DNA of 64,000 bases from a virus, in the IMG/VR virus record IMGVR_UViG_3300025151_000024, positions 1-64,000 of that record. One strand, written 5' to 3'. The notes beneath the pieces are model-generated. The model was given only the letters and a program-made list of their open reading frames with translations, was not told the DNA's origin and searched no databases. Made by a program: the position numbers and the translations under genes. Below, in pieces: positions 46,011 through 56,556 of this stretch; position 1 is the stretch's first letter; each line of letters opens with the position of its first letter.

Positions 46011-46648
46011 CACAGATACCTCGTAGCCCTTTGTTGTGTCCCCGTCTTCCTATTGGCTTCTTCTGCGATTATATTCCCTACAGCCATTGCTGCTCTTCTT
46101 TCCATAAAACCACCATGAACATTCACAGTAACATTAGTTTCTCCGGCTTTCCGATTAATAGCCTGTACAAGCCCACCTTCATTTTCAATAAGATATCTTA
46201 GCCCATCTAAAGTAGATTCTAAACCGGCTAAAGGGTTTCTTGCAGAACCGGCCATAGCAGCCAAATCTGTACCTAATTGGGCCGAGCCGTAACTAGCAGT
46301 AGGAGTAGGAGCAACATAGCCGGGAATATATGCATTCGCTGGCTTTCTTGGCCCTGAACCACCTCCCGCTACATTCTTTGGGTCAAAAGATAGCGTAGGA
46401 GAAGCATAACCACCAGCCAAGGCGGAACTAACAGAACCTAATGCATCTTTACCTTTATCTTCTAGAGAAGAAAAGAAAGAATCTACTTGCGTTTTGAAAT
46501 TTTCAAAGGCAACAAGCCCTGTTGAAAACGCACCCGCAAGTGCGCTACCAAGACCTCCAATCAAAGAAGAAATACTTGTTAAACCCGATGAAATAAGAGA
46601 AATAGATGAACTCACAGATGCTAAAGAGGAAATAATTGGAAGTACCAT
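46010..46648 (-). CDS. Short tape-measure-like protein (212 aa)
   Basis: Ala/Gly/Ser-rich amphipathic N-half; C-terminal TNVTVNVHG; sits directly after the tail chaperone pair. Confidence 0.5.
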   Translation of the reverse strand: MVLPIISSLASVSSSISLISSGLTSISSLIGGLGSALAGAFSTGLVAFENFKTQVDSFFSSLEDKGKDALGSVSSALAGGYASPTLSFDPKNVAGGGSGPRKPANAYIPGYVAPTPTASYGSAQLGTDLAAMAGSARNPLAGLESTLDGLRYLIENEGGLVQAINRKAGETNVTVNVHGGFMERRAAMAVGNIIAEEANRKTGTQQRATRYL

Positions 46649-46926
46649 CAGAAGTCCTCCAATTCTAAGAATGTGTAATCAAGTGTCACGGTTTCGTTCC
46701 CCGTATTGCTTTGTGCAGAAGCCCGTTCTTGTTCTTTCCTATTTTTAGAATCAATAGCAAGCGCCCAAGAAAGCGATTGATTGAAAATTTCAGGAGACAT
46801 TTGTGAGACCTCGGTTAATGATATGCCGTAATGTTTTGCGACTAAATAGGCGAACATTTGAGATTGCAGTTCTATATCTTCAGCAGTTTCTATACTGTTT
46901 TTCGATAAGAAAGTCTGCACTTTCAA
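46648..46926 (-). CDS. Tail assembly chaperone, downstream part (possible frameshift extension)
   Basis: VAKHYGISLTEVSQMS resembles gpT-like segments; lies in the -1 frame of the upstream ORF. Confidence 0.55.
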   Translation of the reverse strand: MKVQTFLSKNSIETAEDIELQSQMFAYLVAKHYGISLTEVSQMSPEIFNQSLSWALAIDSKNRKEQERASAQSNTGNETVTLDYTFLELEDF

Positions 46927-46940
46927 TTGCTCGCTTTCGT

Positions 46941-46950
46941 AAACCCCCCT
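46941..46950 (-). promoter_or_regulatory. Candidate -1 frameshift site AGGGGGGTTT
   Basis: G6 run near the chaperone stop; the -1 frame is open into 46648-46926. Confidence 0.35.
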
Positions 46951-47241
46951 TGCATCATCTGTGCTATTTCATCGGGATTAGGTAAAACTGCGCTTATTTG
47001 CTCGCCTACATATGCTGAAAGATTGAGCAACTCGTCAGGAGAAAGTTGTGGATTTGTGCGTGTAACCCAGTTACTGAAAGCGTAACGCCAATACGCCTGT
47101 AAATCAAGCGTAACATCACCTTTTGTTACAATAAACATCTCTTGTGCTGCTTTCTGTACATCGAAAAACGACATACCTCTCACCCATATTTCCATGACCT
47201 GTTCAGGGTCATCAGGGTCTACTTGTATTTCGTATCGTCTT

Positions 47242-47967
<726 letters not shown>

Positions 47968-47976
47968 CTTCTCACC

Positions 47977-49968
47977 TCATGAATGTAACAATGTATCCTT
48001 CGCAATAACGTGCATAGACTTAGGCATAATACGCATCATAGAGCGTAGCGGCCCTTTGTCTTCAGGTATAGGGAGAGGCGCTTCAGTAATGTAGTAATCA
48101 TCTATTACGATATCTAGAGATTCTCTTGTAGCACCAGTTCCTTGTTTTGTAAATGAGAGGCGTATCATATCTGCATCGGTTGTGTCGCTGGTATCGTCAT
48201 CAAAATTATCTATAGAACGGCGCATTTTGTGGTAAAATACGGGGTCATCTACGATTATTTCCATTTCTAAATCGTATTCTGTCTTACCTTCAACCGCTAA
48301 AGATGCATTTCTTGTACCAGCGAAAGGAACTTGGTCGGTCTCTGCATCTGCTACGTTTGCTCCATTTATCGTGTAGTATTGCTGTACACCAGTTGAACCA
48401 TTTAGTGTAAAACTGACTACTTGACCAACTTGTACACCGGCAACTTGTATTGTACCATTGTAGAACATAAACGGCTTTTGTGTGCGCTTTGCCACCCCAG
48501 CCTCTTTTCTCTTTTGCTCTGTATTGGCTGTGTCTTCAAACAGGCGATGAGTGTCATATCGGTCACCCTTTGTGGTCTCTAACCGACCTGTATCTGTATA
48601 AACTAAGGTAGAATCAAAATCTACACTCAATCTTAAGGCAGCATCAGTATCGGCAACTAAGGAGAAATTTTTGACTTTACAGCCCCTAAATACACGAGTA
48701 AGTTGCTTTGAATCGGATGCTCCTCCGTCAAATGAACCCTCATCACTATCAGCATCAGTTCTTCTTACACTAACTTCCATTGCGAAAGAAGGAACTGTAG
48801 TTCTTGAAAACAGCAATCTTTCGACTGGATTTGTTAGGTTTCCGGTAGATGTATCCATGTGTGGTGTTCCACGAGTTGAATCACTTTCAAATCTCATAAA
48901 TTTCATGGCGGTATTATCTGCATGAGAAAAATTGAATGGGTCGTCAACCCAAATCCTACCACTTCCGCTGCTATCAGAAATAGCCACTACTCTTCTAATC
49001 TCTTGCTTTATCGCCCTACTAAGTATAGAATTAGCACCATTAGTAGGCCATGTACCGTCACTTTGAGTTTCTCTGTTTACCTTAATGTCCGTTGTGGTAG
49101 CATCATTAATGACTACATAATCACCAACGTCAATATCTACACTGTTTATTGCCGGTGCAGCAGAACCACCGTCATATGTAAAAGAAGAATCTCCAGCAGA
49201 GATAATGCCATTTGTTAGGAAGGTTGCACCACCTGTATTACCTAATGTGTCGCCAGTAGCATAAGTTACCTCGTGCCCAAGGCAGTAGTATAGCCATCTA
49301 GCGTTATGGATATTACACTCAAAAGAGCCATTTGTGTTGAGGAAACGACCCGGCACTTGGACCGCAACATCTCTTCCTAGACCAACGACATGAAATCGCT
49401 TCAAATCTACTTTAGTTTCAGGCAAAGTTACGGTATTCACCAAACCTACAAATTGGTCTGTAAGAACTCTTTCTTTACTTAGTAAAGCGTTATTTCCATC
49501 AGAAGTCATGGTCGCATCCATAGAGGGTGTGGCGAAAGGAAGAATTCGCATTACTTCGGCTGCTAAAGAAGAATCTATGTCACTTGAACTATGGTCGGTT
49601 CTCAAAGCGGGAGTAATTGTTAATTCTGTTACATCTGAAGCGGTTACAGCGTGTTTTACTATGGTAAAAGTTCGACCTGCTTTGGCATAATCGTCATTTA
49701 TATCGAAATTACCTCCTGCTAAATTAGTAAAAATAACCCTAGAACCTACTAGCATACCTACTGGATAATGAAGAAGCCCAGCATGAACTGGAGTATCATC
49801 AGCCCCTCCACTAAAAGTAATCACACTAGTATCCTTGACTAAATCTCTAGCACCACTTTTAGCAGTGAATTTGAAAGAGCCAGCATAACCATGTGGCAAA
49901 TCCATACCACTTTCATGTCCGAAAGTGACTTCTGTAAGGTCTCCCTTGTACACAGTTGACGGCGGCAT
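47977..49968 (-). CDS. Major tail (tube) protein with inserted domains
   Basis: RVFRGCKVKNFSL, VVSFTLNG, YDLEMEI, VIDDYYI tail-tube-like strands; position before the chaperones. Confidence 0.65.
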   Translation of the reverse strand: MPPSTVYKGDLTEVTFGHESGMDLPHGYAGSFKFTAKSGARDLVKDTSVITFSGGADDTPVHAGLLHYPVGMLVGSRVIFTNLAGGNFDINDDYAKAGRTFTIVKHAVTASDVTELTITPALRTDHSSSDIDSSLAAEVMRILPFATPSMDATMTSDGNNALLSKERVLTDQFVGLVNTVTLPETKVDLKRFHVVGLGRDVAVQVPGRFLNTNGSFECNIHNARWLYYCLGHEVTYATGDTLGNTGGATFLTNGIISAGDSSFTYDGGSAAPAINSVDIDVGDYVVINDATTTDIKVNRETQSDGTWPTNGANSILSRAIKQEIRRVVAISDSSGSGRIWVDDPFNFSHADNTAMKFMRFESDSTRGTPHMDTSTGNLTNPVERLLFSRTTVPSFAMEVSVRRTDADSDEGSFDGGASDSKQLTRVFRGCKVKNFSLVADTDAALRLSVDFDSTLVYTDTGRLETTKGDRYDTHRLFEDTANTEQKRKEAGVAKRTQKPFMFYNGTIQVAGVQVGQVVSFTLNGSTGVQQYYTINGANVADAETDQVPFAGTRNASLAVEGKTEYDLEMEIIVDDPVFYHKMRRSIDNFDDDTSDTTDADMIRLSFTKQGTGATRESLDIVIDDYYITEAPLPIPEDKGPLRSMMRIMPKSMHVIAKDTLLHS

Positions 49969-49982
49969 GGTTCTCTCTCACC

Positions 49983-50432
49983 TCATGGGATTAGTTCTGC
50001 AAAGATAACTACTTCGACTTGGAACGTGGTTCTGAATAGAAATTTAGTTCTATCAGACAAGTCGGTACGAGTTTTGTAAACCAACCTATCCATATTCACA
50101 CCATCACCTTTTCTCTTGAGGTGTATTATTCTTCTGATTTCATTTTCCATCAGTTGCTGTTGTTTTCGACTCTTCATTGTTCTAGCATCTAATGTGATAT
50201 TTATACGAGTTGTGACGAAATCGTACAATAATTCAGGAGTTTCTTCGTTGTGTGCAGTTTCAAACACCATAACGTAATCGTGCTTTTTCATATCAATACG
50301 CTTACCGCGCTCAGGACTTGTGTCAGCCATATCAATAATAATCGGCTTGATGCCGTTAGTATTGCCTCTATTCCAGTTGTCTTGTAACAACTTGATGACT
50401 AAATCAATTCCTTCTAGGAACGTTGCGACCAC
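49983..50432 (-). CDS. Putative tail terminator/neck protein
   Basis: 149 aa, directly upstream of the tail tube gene. Confidence 0.5.
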   Translation of the reverse strand: MVATFLEGIDLVIKLLQDNWNRGNTNGIKPIIIDMADTSPERGKRIDMKKHDYVMVFETAHNEETPELLYDFVTTRINITLDARTMKSRKQQQLMENEIRRIIHLKRKGDGVNMDRLVYKTRTDLSDRTKFLFRTTFQVEVVIFAELIP

Positions 50433-50787
50433 TTCGCTCTACCTCCTTTAGATGATATCGAACATCAGGTACGATTACTCCGCCTCGATATTCTACGTGA
50501 TTTCGATATAATTCAGGGCTTTCAGTAAGCATTCTCTTATCTACAAACCCATCAATAAGTTCAACATACTCTTCGTCTACTGGATTTCCAAAATTATCTT
50601 CTATTTCACCAGTAGGAGTCTCTCTAATTTGTGCAAGAGTCATCTCTTCTCTTTTGATTCGGTCTCTGTAATCGGGATTTTCTCGCTTAAACGCAGACTG
50701 TAAATCGTTTTGCATTTCTTTATCCTTAGCGAATGCCTTTACGACTTGCTCAAGAAATATTTTAGTTTCAGCAGAAGGCTTACTCAA
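50404..50787 (-). CDS. Hypothetical protein (neck region)
   Basis: Overlapping ORF in the structural operon. Confidence 0.55.
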   Translation of the reverse strand: MSKPSAETKIFLEQVVKAFAKDKEMQNDLQSAFKRENPDYRDRIKREEMTLAQIRETPTGEIEDNFGNPVDEEYVELIDGFVDKRMLTESPELYRNHVEYRGGVIVPDVRYHLKEVERSGRNVPRRN

Positions 50788-52351
50788 AGGCTACCACCTC
50801 AATATATCGGGGTAGCGTTGCATCAATATCTTGACGATAAAGTTGAATTTTAGACGATAAATCCACATTTTGTGTGCCTTCAGGGATTAAAACACTTCTA
50901 TCATCGTTCATTAATAAATCAATAGCAACCATTTTTGTACAAACATCTTCAATGGCTTTTTCTAGATATCTTTCACCGTAAATGTATGAAACTTTTACAG
51001 CGTTCCACTCAAAGAAAGGATAGGAATTGTTGAAGTAAATAATACCCATTTCGTTGTCAATCCACCAATCTCTTAGTCTTCCTTTATCCCCACTGGCACT
51101 TCCTCCTTGCAAATCAATAGCAAGACGATGCTGTTTTAATGAAGTACCAGCAGAGGCGAGGGTAGTTAGTGGTGTACCGCTAACATTTGTACACCCAGTA
51201 AAAGTTGTAGATGTTTTACCAGTGTATGCAAGAACTTCATTTCCTACCATAATCAGACCAGCGTTCACGAACCCTTCAGTAGAAGCGACTGTGACAGTTG
51301 TGGAAACAACAGAAACACTGGTAGTAGTTTCTTCATGAGTTTGAGATATTGTAATTGCAGAGGTATCTGTACACGCTATTGTGCTAGTTTCACCACCAAC
51401 AGTATCCCTCATACTACTAATTTTGACAATACCAGTACCATAGTCAGCATTTGCAGTTGCTAAGAATTCATTGTGAACCGCAACATTAGATGTACTTCCC
51501 GGTAGGGTAAAAGCAGGAGCAAACTCAATTGCATCTCTTGAAACACGGTCTTCTTTATTGATTAAATCAGCAAGAGCCTGTGCTGTTGAAACCTTATCAA
51601 AATCTGCTCTCCATGTAGAAGTAGTTGTACCAACAGAAAGAGTAGCGTAACTTCCACCAGCACTCAGATAGACTGAATCGCCACTTAGAGCAGTGTAATC
51701 TGCAATTTCCACTCTTGCTTCAGCAGCGCCAATTTCACGATAGTCATCACCCTGCCACAATTCTATACGCAACATTTGTTGAATATTCCTGAATAATAGG
51801 GGGGTTGTACCCACATAATCGGTATAATATCGCCTTCTATACGGCTTATATGTGTCGAAATTGATATATTCGGCTGTAACTAGATTCGGTCTCCAAGAAT
51901 TATGTGTGATGTTATCTATCCTATCTTGTGCCCTTTTAATCAGTTCTTCGACCTTACTTTTCTTGACTCCTCTTGTCCTTCCATTAGTAAAAGAGGCTTG
52001 ATTCTGAACGTAAGTATTGTCAGCCGATTGATAATCAGCGGCAGTTATACTTGAAGTGAAATTTAATTTTACACCATTTACAGATGTAGTAATAGATGTA
52101 ATTGTGCGGTCAATCCCTAATGGGTCTGCGTCTGAATAAATTAGAATGGTATCTCCAACTGACCAACCACAGTTTCGATAATCCGACCCGGTGATATATA
52201 CACCATCTGAATCACTATCTGCTGCAACTGCTACTGCTTCTTGAGGTCCAATCTCAAGTAAGTCTGCTACCTTTTGAGCGGTTGTATAGACGATAGCATC
52301 AGGGTCTAAGGGGCGTGTTTCAGCCTCACCCGGACTGAACACTTGTGGCAT
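50780..52351 (-). CDS. Head-tail adaptor-like protein with inserted domains
   Basis: YTTAQKVADLL, ELIKRAQDRID, VKVSYIYG...AIEDVCTKMVA resemble head-tail connector proteins. Confidence 0.6.
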   Translation of the reverse strand: MPQVFSPGEAETRPLDPDAIVYTTAQKVADLLEIGPQEAVAVAADSDSDGVYITGSDYRNCGWSVGDTILIYSDADPLGIDRTITSITTSVNGVKLNFTSSITAADYQSADNTYVQNQASFTNGRTRGVKKSKVEELIKRAQDRIDNITHNSWRPNLVTAEYINFDTYKPYRRRYYTDYVGTTPLLFRNIQQMLRIELWQGDDYREIGAAEARVEIADYTALSGDSVYLSAGGSYATLSVGTTTSTWRADFDKVSTAQALADLINKEDRVSRDAIEFAPAFTLPGSTSNVAVHNEFLATANADYGTGIVKISSMRDTVGGETSTIACTDTSAITISQTHEETTTSVSVVSTTVTVASTEGFVNAGLIMVGNEVLAYTGKTSTTFTGCTNVSGTPLTTLASAGTSLKQHRLAIDLQGGSASGDKGRLRDWWIDNEMGIIYFNNSYPFFEWNAVKVSYIYGERYLEKAIEDVCTKMVAIDLLMNDDRSVLIPEGTQNVDLSSKIQLYRQDIDATLPRYIEVVAFE

Positions 52352-52650
52352 TACTCTCTAGCCTCCTCACTTCTCTCTGCTAAATTATATTCCATAGGCT
52401 TTTCACACGCACCGCAAGTTTCTCGGTACATGAAATGCAAGAAGCCGCAGTAGCGACAACGAGTACCACATCCTATGTTTAGGATATCGCCAATGTTCTT
52501 ATTTCGTTGTCGCTGCTGCGAAACCACTCCTGCTAGTGGTTTTTCCGTGTTGAAAACAGAACCCTCTCCGATAGATGACGACAAGCGAACATTCTGCTTT
52601 TGTGCCGTTTCTAAGTCATCTATCTCAAGTGTTCGGAGTTCAAATCCCAT
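52351..52650 (-). CDS. Zn-ribbon protein
   Basis: CRYC...CGAC. Confidence 0.65.
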   Translation of the reverse strand: MGFELRTLEIDDLETAQKQNVRLSSSIGEGSVFNTEKPLAGVVSQQRQRNKNIGDILNIGCGTRCRYCGFLHFMYRETCGACEKPMEYNLAERSEEARE

Positions 52651-52669
52651 GTAGTGCCGCCTCCCCTCA

Positions 52670-52837
52670 TCAGGAAGTGTGCGTTACTACAATGAAAACA
52701 TTACCCAAAACAACTACTGGTTCAGCACCGACTAGCGTTCCCGAAGGAAGAGCCGACGTTAAATCACTGTTGAGTGTGGTCAAGTCCGAGAATTCTTTCG
52801 GACTAAATGGACCAAGAACTGTAACGCCTCGTGCCAT
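52670..52837 (-). CDS. 55-aa probable virion microprotein
   Basis: Read by hand: MARGVTVLGPFSPKEFSDLTTLNSDLTSALPSGTLVGAEPVVVLGNVFIVVTHTS; GGTGA RBS; fills the gap. Confidence 0.65.
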   Translation of the reverse strand: MARGVTVLGPFSPKEFSDLTTLNSDLTSALPSGTLVGAEPVVVLGNVFIVVTHTS

Positions 52838-52851
52838 GCCTAATCACCGCC

Positions 52852-53133
52852 TCAGTTGCGGCGACCAAATGCATACCATGTGCCGTCTTGTCCTGCCACT
52901 GATTGCACTACTAGAGTGCTGCCGTTGATTAGGGCAAAAACCCCGTCAACACCAGCACCAGTACCAGCAGTACTACTTCCAGCGTTAGCACCACATCCGA
53001 TGATTCCTGATAGATAGGCGGAAAGGTCAATGTTTCCTCCTGTATCAGAACCACCGTTAGTGAATGTGCCAGTCACCATAAGTAGGTCTCCTATGTAGTG
53101 CGGTCTTGTGTCAATTGTACTTGCAAATGCCAT
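52852..53133 (-). CDS. Small beta-rich virion protein
   Basis: GGAGTGA RBS; Gly-rich. Confidence 0.65.
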   Translation of the reverse strand: MAFASTIDTRPHYIGDLLMVTGTFTNGGSDTGGNIDLSAYLSGIIGCGANAGSSTAGTGAGVDGVFALINGSTLVVQSVAGQDGTWYAFGRRN

Positions 53134-53139
53134 TTATTA

Positions 53140-53577
53140 TCACTCCGTAATTGTTTCAGTTGTTTCTTCGGTTGCTGTTTCTTCAACCACTGGCTCTTCG
53201 ACTACAACCTCTTCCTCAACCACTGGGGGTTCAGGTACAGGCTCAGGCTCAGGTGCTGGTGGATTGATTACTTCATCAACCATAGTTAGTAGTGTTCCTT
53301 TTGTTCGATACGAACCGGATAGGTCAACACCGTTATCGGTTAACCAAGTAACGATTTGACCCCTTCTCCATGAAGAATCAGGGATACCATCGTTGCCTTC
53401 GTCCACATGAGGTGCTTCATCCCCATCAAGGGTGAAGTAAGGAAGTACGAGGTATCGGCGGAATTCATCCACCCATTCCTGCGATACTTCCCGTACTTCA
53501 CCACGAGAAAAGTCCGGCGTGTACGCATCGGGACTCCTTCGGTAGAAGGAAGGACCGTTATATCGTACAGTCGGCAT
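53140..53577 (-). CDS. Protein with an HeH/SAP-like motif and acidic tail
   Basis: WRRGQIVTWLTDNGV...TKGTLLTMV; PEP/EEV tail. Confidence 0.6.
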   Translation of the reverse strand: MPTVRYNGPSFYRRSPDAYTPDFSRGEVREVSQEWVDEFRRYLVLPYFTLDGDEAPHVDEGNDGIPDSSWRRGQIVTWLTDNGVDLSGSYRTKGTLLTMVDEVINPPAPEPEPVPEPPVVEEEVVVEEPVVEETATEETTETITE

Positions 53578-53588
53578 AGGTAGTCACC

Positions 53589-53984
53589 TCAGTTGTACAT
53601 TACCAATACGTTGGTAGTGTTTGCTGAACCACTTAGGTACTGTAGTGTGATGGTAAGGCTACTTACACTCGCACCAACGGATACTGCTGCTGTTCCTGAG
53701 TCAGTTGTGAAAACTGAAAGGATGCTGCTGATTCCGCCAGCCAAAATGATAGTCTCACCGTCTGCACCGCCTGTTACACTGATTAACGCCATTTTTGGCG
53801 CTGCATCATATCCGTTTGCTCCATCGCTGTTAGAAGCGTTGAATGTACCCGGACCACCGCCCGGATAAGATACGTCTGCTGCTCCGTCTAACCATTCAGT
53901 GGTGTCGTGAGAACCCGCTCGGAGTTCCCATGCACCGACTAATGTTGCTGTTGCTGTTCCGCTTAATGTTAATTCACTTGCCAT
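53589..53984 (-). CDS. Putative capsid decoration protein
   Basis: Beta-rich 131 aa directly after the MCP; GAGGTGA RBS. Confidence 0.5.
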   Translation of the reverse strand: MASELTLSGTATATLVGAWELRAGSHDTTEWLDGAADVSYPGGGPGTFNASNSDGANGYDAAPKMALISVTGGADGETIILAGGISSILSVFTTDSGTAAVSVGASVSSLTITLQYLSGSANTTNVLVMYN

Positions 53985-53995
53985 ACTTAATCACC

Positions 53996-55126
53996 TCACT
54001 GCAAATCCCTGACGCTTCCATGCGCCCCAAAGAACGTTGTCCAAATCTCACCCATAGTTCGGTATAGACCTTCCTGACCGAGACGGTTGATGGCGAATGG
54101 GTCACCAGTTTCAATTCCACTCTCGTAATACTGGGTTGGGATTGCTGTACTGAAATATACATAATCTGTGTCTAGGAAATACATCCTGCTGATTCCGTCC
54201 TTGACTACATCCTTGGATGGAATGATTGGAACTCCGTTGTAGGTTGCTACAATGAATCCAGCCTCGATACCGGGTACACCCTTTACACCGTTGTAGGTTG
54301 GGGTGACTCTCTTTTCTTCCATAAAGCGCTGTTGGCTTTGTAGGAGTTGCTGAAGGCGCATTAGAGTGTCATATCCAGTTAGGATGACCTTCGGGTTGCC
54401 TCCTCGCTCCCATATGTTTTGGAACAAAGTGTCAAGTTGGTCAAGACTTAGATTTCTGTTGTTGCTTGAAGCATCTGCGTTGTCTTCAGCGAAAGCCCAA
54501 GTGTTAGCACTTCGGTCAATCGAGTAGATATCTTCGTCACCAGCATCGTAGTGAGTACCGGAAGCCATCTGATTGTTTCCAACAGTGATTCTGTCTAGAG
54601 ACTCAAAGTTGTTACCTGCAACAGTTGATGCATCGGTTAGAAGCATCTTGTTGACCATCTCAGCGTGGTGCTTACCCATTTCTTCCTTCATGACTGAGCG
54701 GATGTCGCCTAGTCCGTCATCCTTGTCAGCAAGGAAAATTGCTGTCTCAGACATATCGAAGGTGTGAGCGATGGTCTTCGGTTTTGCTGCTACGTGCTGG
54801 AAAGTTGGCTTTACAGTCTCAGGTAGTGTTGCGTTTTCTGCAACTCCACCGTGAAGTGCGCCACCGTTTGGCTTTCCAGTAATAACTCTCCAACCGGACC
54901 TGTCCCAAGGCCTCTTTGGTAGAATGCTGAATGCGTTGAACTCTTGGTTCAACTGCGACCATACCTTGCGTCCGTAGATTGCTTGGTATGTTCCAGCGGT
55001 TGTGGATAGCATCGGGCTGTCAGCCTTCAGCAACTCGCTACCGGAGTAGGAGTATCCCATTGCGTTCCCAGCGCCATAGTAATAGCGCTCCATGTCAGTT
55101 ATTGTGCGTACGTAATCTCTTGCCAT
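53996..55126 (-). CDS. Major capsid protein (HK97 fold)
   Basis: 376 aa after the protease; GGVAENATLP, FESLDRI, TYNGVPIIPS, MYFLD patterns of HK97-type MCPs. Confidence 0.88.
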   Translation of the reverse strand: MARDYVRTITDMERYYYGAGNAMGYSYSGSELLKADSPMLSTTAGTYQAIYGRKVWSQLNQEFNAFSILPKRPWDRSGWRVITGKPNGGALHGGVAENATLPETVKPTFQHVAAKPKTIAHTFDMSETAIFLADKDDGLGDIRSVMKEEMGKHHAEMVNKMLLTDASTVAGNNFESLDRITVGNNQMASGTHYDAGDEDIYSIDRSANTWAFAEDNADASSNNRNLSLDQLDTLFQNIWERGGNPKVILTGYDTLMRLQQLLQSQQRFMEEKRVTPTYNGVKGVPGIEAGFIVATYNGVPIIPSKDVVKDGISRMYFLDTDYVYFSTAIPTQYYESGIETGDPFAINRLGQEGLYRTMGEIWTTFFGAHGSVRDLQ

Positions 55127-55144
55127 TCATAATCACCTTCCTAT

Positions 55145-56515
55145 TCAGACACTCCTAAATGCGCTGTTTGCGAGGTTATGTACCTCATCCCAAGACATAT
55201 TCCCAAGGTCTTCAGTGGATGGAACGTCAATTGCTGGAACGGAGGTCTCGCTCTTTGCGATTGTTGTTCCACTCTCAGCAGGAGCAGTTAGACTATCAAT
55301 TCGCTCTCCTAGAGCGCCGATAGCCTTTGAAATCTCATCTAGAGGTCCACGAGCATCAAACTCAAGAACTTCATTCTTGGTGATTTCTGCTTGTCTCTCT
55401 GTAGCATATCGGTCTGCGAATTGTGCTTCTAGAGAGGAGCGTAGTTCAGTCTCAGCCATTGCAGCCTTGTAGACTTCGTATGCAGCCTCTACATCAGCAG
55501 TGCCTACCATGTCAGGAGTTAGGAAATCGCCCTTCTCCACTTTTCCGCTGCCGGTAGTCTTACCGAGAGCATTAGTGGATGGCTTTCCGCCTTCCTGAGC
55601 ACGACCCTTTACCTGTCCGGCAAAGTAGTCAGCACCGTCACCGATTGCTTCAGGGGTTGAACCAAGGTTTGCCTTTTCTAGACCATCGAAGTGTGCTCTT
55701 GCACCCTCAATGTCTACTCCAGCAGACTTTAGAGTTCCTTCCATCCAGTCGAGGTACTCAGATGTTATTACATCCGAATACTCGTCTGACTTCTTGGACT
55801 CATCCTTGGACTCAGCCTCAGCATCGTCTTTCTTATCCTCGTCTTTGCCTTTCTTGTCATCTATGGCCTCTTTCAAAGCAGGAGGCATTTCGCCCTTCTC
55901 CATAGCGTCAAGGCGACCTTCAAGACGGGATAACACGTCAGTCATCTGTGTCATCATATCATTTTCGTCAGTCATTTTACTTACTTCCTTGTTTTCTATA
56001 TCGTGTTTTAGTATGCGAAAAGTGGCTTCAGGATTGATGCCACGCTCACAAATCGTGATTTCATGCAGTTCCAGTTTGCTGATTTCTTGGTAATCACCAT
56101 GCTCAGCATCGGACTTTCGGACACGCTTGAAAGCCTGACCTCCAATACTAAAACCACGAAGAGACCCCTTACGAATTTCTGCGGCGACTTCTTTCGCCTT
56201 TTCTATATCATCACGAAGTGCAACTACAACGAACATTCCGACATCATCTACTTCGGACTTCCATAGTCTTCCTTCACTGTCGGTGTAAGAAGGGATAACT
56301 TCACCGACTTGGATATTTGAGTGTGCTAGTTGGACGTTTCTGTATTTTTCATCGCCCATGTATTTTGCAAAAGCGTCTTTCAAAGCATCTTTAGTGATTT
56401 TGTCACCTTGCTTGTCAACGACTTCTACGCTTGCATAACCCGCTACAACGAGGTCTCCACCCTTCAATAGATGGATAGACTTCTCACCCGAACTTCTAAG
56501 CGGGGCTGAAAGCAT
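55145..56515 (-). CDS. Prohead protease (HK97/U35-like) fused to a scaffold domain
   Basis: VAGYAS...VDKQGD, LAH, GFSIGG, EITIC...NPEA; coiled-coil acidic C-half. Confidence 0.9.
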   Translation of the reverse strand: MLSAPLRSSGEKSIHLLKGGDLVVAGYASVEVVDKQGDKITKDALKDAFAKYMGDEKYRNVQLAHSNIQVGEVIPSYTDSEGRLWKSEVDDVGMFVVVALRDDIEKAKEVAAEIRKGSLRGFSIGGQAFKRVRKSDAEHGDYQEISKLELHEITICERGINPEATFRILKHDIENKEVSKMTDENDMMTQMTDVLSRLEGRLDAMEKGEMPPALKEAIDDKKGKDEDKKDDAEAESKDESKKSDEYSDVITSEYLDWMEGTLKSAGVDIEGARAHFDGLEKANLGSTPEAIGDGADYFAGQVKGRAQEGGKPSTNALGKTTGSGKVEKGDFLTPDMVGTADVEAAYEVYKAAMAETELRSSLEAQFADRYATERQAEITKNEVLEFDARGPLDEISKAIGALGERIDSLTAPAESGTTIAKSETSVPAIDVPSTEDLGNMSWDEVHNLANSAFRSV

Positions 56516-56539
56516 AATTAAAACAACTTTAATTCTTAC

Positions 56540-56547
56540 TATTTATA
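56540..56547 (-). promoter_or_regulatory. Putative TATA box (TATAAATA) for the protease/capsid operon
   Basis: Centred ~28 nt upstream of ATG 56515 in an AT-rich gap lacking an RBS, consistent with a leaderless archaeal transcript. Confidence 0.6.
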
Positions 56548-56556
56548 TGCAACGGA

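Noticed and set aside
56540-56547. TATAAATA as a T4-type late promoter implying a bacterial T4-like phage
   Set aside because: Spacing fits an archaeal TATA box, the replisome and chaperonin are archaeal-type, and no gp55-like sigma factor is present.
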